Position numbers and translations under genes: made by a program
Notes under the pieces: model-generated
Seen by the model: the letters and a program-made list of their open reading frames with translations, nothing else
The model's database searches: none
Told to the model about the DNA's origin: nothing
Part shown: in pieces, positions 25,054 to 38,038 of the stretch
How positions within the stretch are numbered: the stretch's first letter is position 1
Layout of the letters: every line of letters begins with the position of its first letter
Assembly: GCF_001194135.2 (NCBI RefSeq)
Contig: NC_068981.1
Location: forward strand, 130,079,734 to 130,143,733
Direction: 5' to 3'
Source of the DNA: Octopus bimaculoides
Taxonomy: Eukaryota
DNA: 64,000 nucleotides

Positions 25054-27851
25054 ATAGAGATGTGTGTGTAATCGCTTATCACGTGAAAATGGCTTCACTA
25101 TTTACTTCCATACTTGTGATGCAGGAATAATTTGACCTTGGATAATATATATATAAAATTCACCTTTTGACTTGTTTTTAACTTTTAACCTGAAATTCCT
25201 AGTTGTACCTTACAATTTCCATAAGAGTGAAATCCCTTAACCTGAGGTAGCTGTAATGTCAAAGATACCTGTATATATGAAATCTATATTCTAAAAGGTA
25301 TTTGTTTCAGAATTTTAATTGGCTATCATCATAACAGTTCTTGCATAGTGAGCAACAAAAAGATCATAGGCTTTGTACAATAGAGGACTCAAAATACTTC
25401 TAGCAAAAAAAAGATAACATAATTGGAGAGGTAAACGTGTTATATACTGGAGGGATAAACATTTCAAATCATTCTACTTTTATTGTAATAACATCAGGTA
25501 AATTGATAGATTGCAATTAGCTAGACAGGAATAATTTATCAATGAAATGAAAGCATTTCCTATATTAACATCTCAATTACTGGAATGTAAATAATTGGAT
25601 AATAAGATTTTGCTTTTTAGATCTAAGTATAAACAATCACACGTTTTGTTTAATTTTCTACATGAACTCTGCAAATCACAAAACCTGGGATTCATAACAC
25701 ATGACACAAATACAACGACACAAATGGCAATTCACACCAACTTCTAAACACAAATACAGATTTATTTATATGGCAATCAGTTGGGACACCTTGCATAACT
25801 TTTACAAATCATAATATTTATTGCTTATTTACAGTTCATACAACATTTTCATGAAACTAATTGAGCCATCGTATTTAGAAATATTTTACAGGTTTCATTG
25901 TTTATGTTTGATTACTTTGAATATTGATCTTTTGTGTGTCCAATTTCTAATTTTTGCAGACAATATCACTTTTATACTTTTTTTGGTATGTGAGTAGAAC
26001 TCATGTCTAGAAACCTTGTGGCATACTTAGATTGTTGAAAAAAATTCAGTAATAGGGCCCATCCAATGGATCCTCCTATCTACCACATATTACTAATATT
26101 TTATTTAAACAATCCAAGGGAAATAACCCATACCACCTTCAGTTTTTAGCGAAGCAATCAATATTTGATTCTCACAATCAGCCGACCTAATTCTGCATTT
26201 CACTACTCAGTTTTGAACTGCTAAACATTATTATTGCATATCCTTGATTTGAATCTTAAACCTTAAAGACTTCATTCATACATTTCTATACATACTTTTT
26301 TGAATGCCCCTTACTCTAATAATTCTGCATTTTTACAGTTACACTTTTTCCATGACAGTAAATAAATGTTTTATTCCACAATATACTTCTAGTGGCTTCA
26401 TGCAGGCGTAGCATGGATTCGATCCTCGATTGCCAAATTTCACTTAACACTTCAACAGTGTTTTTCTCATGGTAAAACAATAGTTTTTCTGTGAATGACA
26501 ACAGTTATACATTTCCCAGATGCCTTCACTAAGCAGAATAATGTCTTTGTCACTTGACCCTTGTAACCTCTTCTCGGCCACCAGGGGTTGGAATGGAGGT
26601 AACAGACCTCCAACGAAATCAATTGTTCTCAACAATATGTCTATCCTTCTGGCTGCTTTTCCATACTTATAAAAACAAGAACTTCATAAGCTAAAGGCAG
26701 TTACTGAGAGCGACCATCAGTGAGTGTGAACGTTATTATTGCACTTTCTTCATTTCATTCTTAAACATTAAACACTTCATTCATATATTTATATACATAT
26801 ATACTACATTTATATATTACCTTTAATAAATTAGCTTTCATAAAGTTCACCTTTAAAATGCCATGATAAGTCAGAGTACTTTCTCGTCAACCTCCAACAA
26901 TCTCTCCCTCCTCCAGCTGACAGTTTTTTGTACTTTTTCACAATGGAAAATACACCTTTTGTGGCAGTTATAATGAAATTGCTTTCTTATATCGGAGTAA
27001 TAAGGTGTTTCAATAGAACATCTTTACCACCAGGAATTACCAGGTACACCAGCAAGTATATATATATATAACAGAATACAGGGTTTAGTTCACTGGTGAT
27101 CTAAATGAATAGATACACTGGGTAAGTGCTGAAATGGATTATCAGGGTTCTAAGCTCATAACTGAGATGGGCACTGTAGATCCATTTTAGGTTTCTGATT
27201 TATACACACACACACACACACACACATACATACACACACACATTAAGATAAAACTTACTTGGAAAAGGCGTTCGATCATATAATAATATAAATATATAGA
27301 TATATGCATATATCCATACATATATGTACATACCTACATCTATAAGTATACATACATGCATATATGGGTACAGGACATAAAAAAAAAGTTTAACACAATG
27401 AGAAATGAAAACATAAAAACGAAAACAGAAAACAAACTTTTTTCTAACAACGAAAAGAACAAACAGAGAAATGAGACATATATTGTTCTAACGTCCTGTA
27501 CCCTGATATGGATTTATATACACATGTAGATGAAAGTATATACATATATGTGTGTATACATGCATATATATTTTTTGTATTATTACATCATTGAACGCAC
27601 ACGTCCATTTTGCAAGTAAGACTGTACTTTATTCTGACGTGACTATCTATCCATCTATCTATCTGTCTTCCTCTATCTTTCTATCTATCCCTCTATCTAC
27701 CTATCTATCTTTCTTCTTACCCATCTCCCCATCTCGCTCTGCTTCTTTCTGTTATTCTAACTTCTACTTCACTGCTATACACTCCTGTTTCTTCCTCCTT
27801 GTTCCACTTCCTCCCTCCACCATCCTCTCTGCTCTCGTGTGACCTGTGGTC

Positions 27852-28271
27852 NNNNNNNNNNNNNNNNNNNNNNNNNNNNNNNNNNNNNNNNNNNNNNNNN
27901 NNNNNNNNNNNNNNNNNNNNNNNNNNNNNNNNNNNNNNNNNNNNNNNNNNNNNNNNNNNNNNNNNNNNNNNNNNNNNNNNNNNNNNNNNNNNNNNNNNNN
28001 NNNNNNNNNNNNNNNNNNNNNNNNNNNNNNNNNNNNNNNNNNNNNNNNNNNNNNNNNNNNNNNNNNNNNNNNNNNNNNNNNNNNNNNNNNNNNNNNNNNN
28101 NNNNNNNNNNNNNNNNNNNNNNNNNNNNNNNNNNNNNNNNNNNNNNNNNNNNNNNNNNNNNNNNNNNNNNNNNNNNNNNNNNNNNNNNNNNNNNNNNNNN
28201 NNNNNNNNNNNNNNNNNNNNNNNNNNNNNNNNNNNNNNNNNNNNNNNNNNNNNNNNNNNNNNNNNNNNNNN
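27852..28271. other. Assembly gap (N)
   Basis: N run flanked by (TA)n. Confidence 1.
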
Positions 28272-28324
<53 letters not shown>

Positions 28325-28937
28325 GTGTGTGTGATTTCTTTTAGTGTAAGGCAGGAAATAAGGAAATATATGAAAATACCTTCAATTTGAACATTAGTTA
28401 TTTTATGAGAAATTCATATTGCTTTAAGTCTAAGACAACAAACCTGACTGGAGGAGTTTCTGCCTGGCACTCAATTTACTAGAAATATCAATTATATCTT
28501 TATATCGTATCCTAGGAGAGACACATAGCATAGTTTAATTCTAGATATACTATTCCAGGAAAAAAAGGAAAAAAAAATAATAATAATATGATCACAGCTG
28601 GAATGTCTTTCCTCAGAAGTCTGCTAGACTAAATATATTATATGATTATTATGAAACTGATGCACTGCCTGTTGTACTAAGCTGTAAATAGTAACCTAGA
28701 GAAGCCTACAAGAAATGTGACAAAGGTTTTAATTGCTTAATAGAGGTTTATCAAAAGGTTAGAAATTAGAACTAAGAGGCAACAACACCATTGTATCCTG
28801 TGTTGAAGAACAAATATGAGGATGAAAAATTTTCAGTGCAATCTTAATAATTGAATGAACCATGAGATATTAATTCTATTCTTGATCGGTGGAATAAGGG
28901 TTGATATATATATTTTTTTCAAAGCCAATCTAAAATA

Positions 28938-29700
28938 TTGGGTCATCCCATAAATGATGTGGTTTTTTTATACTTCTTTTTTTTTTCAAAATTAAGATAA
29001 AGTTCTTTTTTTAATCTAAAATATACTCTCCTTCATTTTCTTCAATGCTCTTCCATCTATCTGGCAGACTTGCAAGGCTCCTCATCCAAAATTCACTTGT
29101 CCATGATGAAAAATACTCCTCCAGTACTCTTCTGACCTTGTCTGCAGAATTCATACTTTTTCTGTCGAAATGATTTTGAAGACTAAATGATAATCAGACG
29201 GGGCAATGTCTGGCAAATATGGTGGATGGAATATCATTTCCCATTCAAACTGCTCCAGCCTTTGGAATATCATCCTTGCTGTATGTGGCCAGACATTATC
29301 CTGATGGAAGAACGCCTTTCGTCTTGAAACTAAAGATGGTCGTTTTTCTTCTAGTGCTGACTGGAATGACTGGTTGAATGACCAAATCCAAGCTTCTCTG
29401 CTAGTTTCTCAACAGTTACAATGGGATTTTGTTCCACCAGTGCTTGCAGGACATCCTCGTTGAGGTAGTTCCATATTCCTCAAAACACGGGAACTCCCAA
29501 ACCAGGGCCCCACTGCCAGATGCCATTTAGAGTCATACCCATGTATAAGAAAGGAAAATCTATATAGAGCCAACACAGAGACGAAAGGACACTGGCACTG
29601 GTGGAAAAAATTGAAAGGAGTCAAATGTAGGGTACAGAAAACTCTTTTAGTCTTGTTCGCAACAAGACAACCACTCTAGTGTTGGTGTTGCAATAAAATG
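28938..29700 (-). pseudogene. Internally deleted mariner transposase (second family)
   Basis: Minus-strand translation gives HTH-region ELNEDVLQALVEQNPIVTVEKLAEKLGFGHS, joined almost directly to FFHQDNVWPHTAR...HPPYLPDIAPSDYHL...WKSIEENEGEYILD*. Terminus ttgggtcatcccataaa follows a TA. The 5' boundary is approximate. Confidence 0.88.
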
Positions 29701-30470
29701 TACTTGCTGTGAAGTGGTTGGCGATTAGAAAGGACATCCAGTCATAGAAACCTTACAAAAAAAAAAGGGAAGTATGAAAGGGACATGGTCCCTAACCTGT
29801 CTAGGATGGCAGTAACACTGAATAAGAACCATCTCCGACTCAGACCATAGTGACCTGTCCAATCTATGCCAGTATGAAAATAAGCTGATGATGATATACA
29901 AGTCAATTGCTGTCATAATTTGATAAAAGGGGGAGAGGGAGGGAGAGGGAGGGAGAGAGAGAGAGAAATAAATAAAGATAGAAAGGAAGAAAGAAAGGCA
30001 TAATTATCACATTAAAAGTAAATATGTGCTATACTGAATATTTAAGTTAGTTTGGGGGGTGTCTCTGGCAATCGTGTGTGACATTAGATAGAAAGTAGAA
30101 TAGCAAACACTTAAGATAAAATACTGATATCTGAACAGTTTATCCACCTCATCAAAAGTTTCATTGTACTGGTAATGAGAAAATATAATTACCAAAGTCT
30201 ACAATCACAGATAATGGAAATTAATAATGTTGATAAGTAAAATTAATAATGTTGATAACAGGTATTTTGCATACAAAATATCAGGTCTAAACATATAAAT
30301 TCTACAAGTAATTTTGCAAAATATATCTTGTTTGTTGTTTATCTTTTTTTTTTAAATTTTTTTTTTTTTTACCCATTTCACATTTCTTTCAATAAATCGA
30401 GTCCCATAACATGTTGAGCTGTAGGGGGTGCTAATTGGAGACTTACAGCTTTATGTGATGTTATCTAGAG

Positions 30471-30879
30471 GAGTGGTCCCCAACCTTTTTGTCACCATGG
30501 ACTGGTTTCATGCAAGAAAATTTTTCCACAGACCAGGGTACCATGCACATAACAAAATATAATAAAGACCATAATCATCATCAACATTTAATGTCCATTT
30601 CCCATGCTAGCATAGGTTGCATGGCTTGACAGGAACTGGCAATGCCAGGGGCTACATCAGATTCCATCAGATTTCTATGGCTGGATGCCCTTCCTAAGGG
30701 CAGCTGTATATAATTTAATTATTACATATGTAATACATGTACAATGAAAAAACACTCCCACAGACTGTGACAGTCAATGAAATAGAAATAAAATTTTAAA
30801 ATTTATTTTTTCTGTGTGGTCTGGTACCAAATATTCCATGGCCCAGTACTTGTCTGTGGCACAGTGGTTAGGGATCCTG
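30471..30879. mobile_element. hAT/Charlie non-autonomous element resembling MER1 (Charlie3) ends, with an RTE-tail fragment inserted
   Basis: gagtggtccccaacctttttgtcaccatggactggtttc... and ...gtctgtggcacagtggttagggatcctg. Flanks atctagag/atctaaga resemble the NTCTAGAN target. Confidence 0.75.
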
Positions 30880-32102
30880 ATCTAAGAAATGTCAGCCTGA
30901 CAGAAGCCATCTTACCAAATAAACATTTAGTCATCTTTTGAGTTCAAATTCTTCTATGGATGAATGGATAAGGTAGTCAACTAGTTTGTTCTTACCTCAG
31001 TTCAACTCCTTTATTGTTGTTGTTTAATCTCAGATCAACCCTGATTGAGTAAATCTAAGGAGAAGGGGTTTCCAGTTGTCATCATTGTCACTTTTCCATG
31101 CTTGCACAGGTTGGATGGAATTTGAAGAGGTAGAGTTTCTATGGTTGGATGCACTTCCTGTCACCAACCCTCACCTACTTCTGAGAGAGGTAATAATTCC
31201 CTATGACCAGTCATGTTTTTATGGAAGATTGGAAATGAAGAACACCACTTGCATGTAAGTGACACTTATTTATAACTATCATGCAATATCGAGGCAAGAA
31301 GACAGTACTGGCAGTCCATTAGTTACAACAAGGTGTTCCAGTTGATCCATTCAACAGAAGGGCCTACTAGTGAAATTAACATGCAAGTGGCCAAGCACTC
31401 CATGGACATACATACACTTAATGTAGCTCTCAGGGAGATTCAACATGATACCGAATGTGACAAGGCTGGCTCTTTGAAATACAGGTACTACTCATTTTTG
31501 CTAGATGAGTGGACTGGAACAACATGAAATAAGATGTCTTGCTCAAGAGCAAAACGCATTGCCAGGAATCAAACTTACAACCTTACGATCCTGAGCTGAA
31601 TGCCCTAACCACTAAGTTGCATGCCTTTAATAGGAGACAGTAAGACACACAAGATGAGCTTTTAGTTTCTGCCTACCAAACACACACACAAGGCTTTGGT
31701 CAGCCTGGGGCTATAGAAGACACTTGCCATAGGTGCCATGTAGTGGAACACATATACACACATCTTTAATAAAAGGCAAGAGATATATCCACTAGTGGTG
31801 AGGAGAAATATATACACACGTCATGTAATTCACCACTGCGTGTATGTGTGTGCGTGTGTGATAGTTATTAGTGACAGAAGGTGTATTAAAACCTAAAGGT
31901 CTTTATATCCAACTTAATGTGGATGTTTTATTAGAATGCTAAATATTGCAGTATTCATCTTGAGAGATCTTCTCATATAGACACATGGTGCATAAAAGCA
32001 TATATTTATCACATTATTTGGCATTCTGACAAAATAACCATGTTAGGATTGCCTTTTCATATGTTCTTTCATATATATATATATATATATACACATACAT
32101 AC

Positions 32103-32197
32103 ATATCAAAAGTGGGGACAGCCGGTTTATGAGATTCCTCTTGGTTTCCTGTCAGCCCAGGGTAATCCCATAAACCAGCCTTCCCCACTTTTAATAT
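32103..32197. mobile_element. About 95-bp hairpin MITE
   Basis: atatcaaaagtggggacagccggtttatgagatt pairs imperfectly with aatcccataaaccagccttccccacttttaatat, in TA context. Confidence 0.7.
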
Positions 32198-34190
32198 ATA
32201 CTGTTCTACATCTTAGAGTGTGCTTCTCCGGATTTATGTTTACTCTAATTCAGAAAAATAGGCAGTTATATACTTGTCAAGAGAACAGGTACATTAATCA
32301 AAGTATACAGTATTATAGACCCATTACAGCTAATTGATAAGATCAGCTGAAATGGGTCTATAATATACTGTATATTTTAATACACACACACACAGAGTGG
32401 TGAATATGTAGTACATCTATAAAGAAGTGAATACATAGTACATGTTTATAGTTAGCTTGACTGAGTGATTTGAAAGTTAACCATGGACACAACTCTGAGA
32501 CAAGTTAAGGACAAAAAAATATGGTTATAGCTACAATTTTTATTTCAGTAGAAAAAAGTCTGTTTTTTATTATTTTTCTTTTGCTCGTTCCAACCATTGG
32601 ACTGCAGTCATACTGGGACACTGTCTTCAAAGTTACAAGTTCTTTTTATCAACACCTGTACTTTGGTCCTTATTTTAAGGTAAAACAGTAAAATTAACAG
32701 CTGACCTGAGTATAAAGAGGCATAACTTGAATGGAACTAAATAACTAAATACCACAAAGTATCTTTTCATTTGTTTCATTTGGTGAGCCAACATACATGC
32801 GTGCGTGCATGCATGCATGCATACATACATACATTCATTAAGAGAAGATAAATAAATAATTCTGAGCTGGTTCCTCAGCACCTTTGTGAAAACTGTCTAA
32901 TGGAATATATATAAACACAATTTACCTTAAAGTAAACTATCTATACTCTGAAATTCCACGGTTAATAAATTAGTCAGAGTATAATACATTAAGTTGAATA
33001 TAGGAATTTATGGCATAAATTCTTTAAGTTATGATCATTTTAACACAACATAGAATATATACATTTCATGGATATAAATATTGATTTCAAATTTTGGCAT
33101 AGGGCTAGCAAGTTTGGGGAGTGGTGGGATAAGTTGATTCCATCGACCCCAGTGTTCAACTGGTACTTTATTGGCTCCAAAAGGATGAAAGGCAAAGCTG
33201 ACCTCGGCAGAAACTGTACTCAGAATCTAATGATGGATGAAATATCACTAAAGCATTCTATTCAGCACACTAACATCTCTGCCAGCTTACCACCATGAAT
33301 ATAAATATTATAAAGGGTAAAGATTCCATTTGGTCATAAATGACCATGGGATTGCACCTAGAAAGTTACCCTCTGAAGCACAAGTTCATGCAAGGTTGTT
33401 TATGGAAGACCAGCCCGGTTCAGGAATTGAACTCACTACCTCATGATTATAAGCCAGATGCTCTCACCACTGAGCCATGTGCCTTCACTGACTATAAATA
33501 TTAATGATGAAATATAAATGAATTTATAAAATTTATAGAATGACAATATATTGATGTAAACCAGAAGCATTTCTTCAAATAAAGTTTCAAAAATAATATA
33601 CTCTTGAAACTGTGTTTGAGGAATATTTATATTCAGGAAATGTATTTTCCATGTAGTGTTGAAACGAACATAACTAAAGAATTTAATGACATATAAATTC
33701 CAGTTTTTGACAATATACACACTCACATATCCAAAAGGCTTTTGCAAAGTTTTTGCTTAACACTTGTCCAAAGTGAACTCATAACCACATGTTGCAAAGC
33801 AAATTCCTTAACCACATAAATATTGAAAACTAGTCTTGGCTGTGTGGTAAAGTGGTTAGCTTCTCAACTACAAGGCTTTGAGTTCAGTCCAACTGCATGG
33901 CACCTTGGGCAAATGTCTACTACAGCCCTGGGCCAGCCAAAGCCTCGAGAGTGGATTTGGTAAATGGAAACTGAAAGAAGCCCGTTATCAAGTATAATAA
34001 ATGCAAAAACTAATTTCTGTGGGTCAGTGTGTTACACTTAGACCCTCCCTTTCACTATTCAATGACACTCCTACTATTCCTCATGACAGAATGCGAGTAA
34101 TAGTAGGCATAGAGATGGTGAGGACGGTGGCAAAGACAGACAGACAGAGAGAGAGAAAGAAAAAGAGAGGGAGAGAAAGAGAGACAAAGA

Positions 34191-34455
34191 AATTTAGGGA
34201 CCCACAATCCTGAAATTTTGGGTTCCTAAGTTTTCATTACTGTGATTGTTTGTGGTGATTTTTTTACATGACATTTTGCGACAAATTTTTTTGTACGATA
34301 ACAGTTTTTATAATCTAAAGGCTAACTCTGTGAGTAAATTAAAAACATTCTGGGCTGAATTTGGACCTGCAATCCTGAAATTGTGGACTCCTATGTTTTC
34401 ATTACTGCTATTGTTTTTGGTGACTTTTTTTTACATGATTTTTTGCAACAAATAT
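34191..34455. repeat. Two diverged direct copies of about 90 bp
   Basis: ggacc..caatcctgaaatt.tgg...ttttcattactg...ggtga.ttttttacatga at about 34191 and 34364. Confidence 0.7.
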
Positions 34456-36691
34456 GCTTATCATTGGGATATGACTCTGGAGGAAGCAATTACAACAAAT
34501 TCTCCAAGTCAGTGATCTGTTTGTAGATCTTCCCATTCAGGGTCAGTTGCTTAAAAGCTATATACTAGCTTAAAAGTACTAGGTTTGAAAGAATAACACT
34601 GGGATCAATTTGTTTGACTAAACCCGGCCAGGTGGTGCTCCAGCATGGCCACAGTCTAATGACTGGAACAAATAAAGATAAAAATTGTTTTTTGAGAATA
34701 ACTATAGAAAACAAAAGAATTAGTTTTTCGAGAAGATTTACTTTAAAACTCCTAATTCTTCTTGCATATTTATGTACATACAAATTATCTTGTAGCGTAT
34801 CTGTCACACTAACCTTTCATCATCTGATACAAAAATCGCCTTCCCCCAACGTGCCCCCGCCTCAAAGGTTTTTTTGTCTTGCAAGTTATTTGGTGACCCT
34901 GCCAGTGTTCGTGCCACGTAAAAAGCATCCAGTCCACACTGTAGAGTGGTTAGCATTTAGAAGGGCATCCAGCTGTAAAAACCACACTGACAAAGAAGTC
35001 TAGTGCAGTCTTGTCTGGCCAGCTCCTGTCAAACCATCCAACCCATGCCAGCATGAAAGGCAGATGTTGAATAATGATGATAATGATATATAATGTGTAA
35101 TGAAGTAATAATATTTTGTAAATCTTAGGATTGTTGCAACATCACAGAAAACAATTTTCAAGAAGTGACTAAAGAGAATATACAAGAGTGGTTTTTATTC
35201 TGCAAGTTAGTGAATCCTGCACAGCAAGATAGTAAAACATTCAGTGACACAGTGATATACAATGAACTGTGTCTTTCTATTGAAACTACATATTAATGAG
35301 AAGTTGACCACTGAATGAGCTTTTTTTCTTTTTTTTTTTTTTTTTTTTTTTTTTTCTTTTTCTTAGCCCTTTTATATTTCTGTTGAAACACACAACCCCT
35401 GCTTCATTTAATTCTGAAAATGACTAATTTGATGAAATAATTATTAATAACCCTTTTACTGCAGAAATCAGATATATTCACTCAAAATTTCAGTATTCTT
35501 AACTGCAGAAAGCAGTTTTATATATCAATTTATCTTTGTTGAGGAATGTCATGTTCAAATCTATAAGTCAATTTTATTGAGGCAATGTGACTCACAGAAA
35601 AATATCAATTCCATTTTTTGGTAGATGCTTAACATATTCACTGGAATAACCATGAAATTTAATTTCACAGTTAAAGGGTGAATCTAGTATTTGAAACATA
35701 AATTAACATGAAATTTTGATGGAATGTTTTAATATAGATCACTTTAAAAGATAAAGACCCCCTTCGGTCATGAATGACCATGGGATTGTAACTAGAAAGT
35801 TTCCCTATGAGGCACAAATCCAGGCAAGGTTGTGTATGGAAGACCAGCAGTCGCCCATGCATACCAGCCTCCCCTCTCCATATCACCAACATTATCCAAG
35901 GGAAAGATGATACAGCGTGGCACCAGTGACATTGCAACTCATTTCTATAACTAAGTGAATTGGAGCAATGTGAAATAAAGTGTCTTCCTCAAGAATACAA
36001 CACAGCCTGGTCCAGGAATCAAACTCACTACTTCATGATTGTGAGCTCTAACTACTGAGCCATAAAGCATTATACTATAGAATTAGGGACTTTCTTGAGT
36101 GAACTGGTATCAAAAAGGGTTAACGGACACTAAGCAACTGTAGTGACTGTATAGAATTTGATTGATTGCTTTGCATTTTATCAGTTTGGTAGGCTGAAAA
36201 ATTCATTGTATACATGATGCTATTGCAGTTAAAACATAGAAGTCAGTGGTTCTCAAATAGAGAAATACCATCCTCACCACCACTACTAAAACTAATAATT
36301 ATATATTTTAGTGAAATTTTTTTTATTCCACCTCATTAGTGAGAAATGTGAAATTGTGAGAAATGTAAAATAGTTTATATGCATGCATAATATGTAATAC
36401 GTTTGTGTATTTGCAAATGTGGAAGAACTTATTTGTGGAAATAATCACAGCAGTAATTTCTCTGCACAGTCTACATGTGTGAAAACACATTGGGCAATGA
36501 ATGACATTGTCGAATTGTAAGATGCATGTGTTTCTATGTTGTGCATCATCAACCACAAATACTGAATTTGTTCTTCACAACCCTTTCAGAATAAGAGTTC
36601 TAATATGTAAGAACAGTAAATTTACTGGCATATGTAAAGCTTTGTCAAGCTAGAATTAAATAGAGTCATATGAAGCAGTATTGAGTAAAAT

Positions 36692-36792
36692 ATCATCATC
36701 ATCATCATCATCATCGTTTAACGTCCGCTTTCCATGCTAGCATGGGTTGGACGATTTGACTGAGGACTGGTGAAACCGGATGGCAACACCAG
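36692..36792 (-). mobile_element. Young, short RTE 3'-tail copy with (TGA)n
   Basis: (atc)n-gtttaacgtccgctttccatgctagcatgggttggacg with CpGs intact. Near-identical longer copy at 40219-40416. Confidence 0.85.
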
Positions 36793-37541
36793 AACATGTT
36801 TGTGTACATTCAAATCTGGGAAGACCTTTCACTACATAGATAGCCGTGGAGGAAATTTCTCCATACAGATGTGTGAAAACACACTGGGCTATGAATGAAA
36901 GCTTGACCAAGCATTATGCATTCCAGCAAATTTATTACTTGCTGTTCTAATATACCAAAAGTATCATTCTGATAAGGATGTGAAGGGCAAATTCAGAATT
37001 CATGGCTGACATGCAACAACACGGAAACGCACACATCCCAAGCTCAGAACAACAAACACATTTCCAGAAACACATGCTTCCTATAATCTAATGACATTTT
37101 TCACAGCCCTTTATATTTTCACACATATCGTCTAGGAGGAGAATTTTTTTCCTGAGACTCTTTTTTGCACAGTAAAAAGTCTTTCCATGTCCAAATATAC
37201 TCAAACATTTTAAATATAACTTCACATTAATATATTTTATTCAACACTACTTCAGTTAATTCTAGTTTGACCGAGTTTTGCATACATCAGTGAATGAACT
37301 GTTTACTGTTCCAATATAAGAGTGAATCATTCTTTTGGACTGTGAAAAAGCAGATTTGAAACAGCACAGAAACATGTACACACTACAATCCAGTGATGTA
37401 ATTCACTCATGTCTAGAAGGAGAATTTCTCCCAAGACTGTTTCCACAATGAAAGGTCTTTCATGTCTGAATGTATCCGAATGTATTAAATATCACCTTTC
37501 ATTAATACATTTTATTTAATGCTGATTTGTGTGACCTCTGT

Positions 37542-37576
<35 letters not shown>

Positions 37577-37580
<4 letters not shown>

Positions 37581-38038
37581 ATTAGCATTGAGTTGCTTCT
37601 CCAACATACTGAAAATTTAGAAATAGCAGTCAAAGAACTACTGATTCTAAACTACAAAATTTTTCTCTAAATGGATGGCGATATTTATGGCAGAACTCAC
37701 TAGCCGATAAATTCGTAAGTGCCTTTCTTGTCGTTGATTTTTGGTGTCGCATGGCCAAAAATTACCGTGAATTTTTTTAGAGACACTTTCAAATTTATCA
37801 GAATATCTGACTGATGATTTGGAATAGGGATTTTTCATTCTCTTAACCATGAAACGATTGTATCCGATTAACTAAAGACTTGTTTTGTTTATGCTTTCCC
37901 CTCCGGTTTTTTGTTCTATGTGTGCCATAAATATCGCCATCCATTTAGAGAAAAATTTGTAGTTTAGAATCAGTAGTTCTTTGACTGCTATTTCTAAATT
38001 TTCAGTATGTTGGAGAAGCAACTCAATGCTAATCCCTG
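37577..38038. mobile_element. Non-autonomous DNA transposon with about 115-bp near-perfect TIRs
   Basis: Arms 37577-37692 and 37923-38037 appear to differ only by one indel on manual comparison. TA-flanked; 230-bp CpG-containing core. Confidence 0.92.

Noticed and set aside
24277-25098. Long ORFs spanning N runs (also at 27.8-28.4, 42.3-42.7 and 59.5-60.0 kb)
   Set aside because: They are open only because N codons are untranslatable; the flanks are microsatellites.
26316-26635. Two overlapping minus-strand ORFs as a CDS
   Set aside because: TTG starts, different frames and no recognisable motif; kept only as a non-coding candidate.
36400-37530. C2H2 zinc-finger remnants suggested by HERPF/PYRC-like words
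   Set aside because: No CxxC...HxxxH spacing or 84-bp periodicity.
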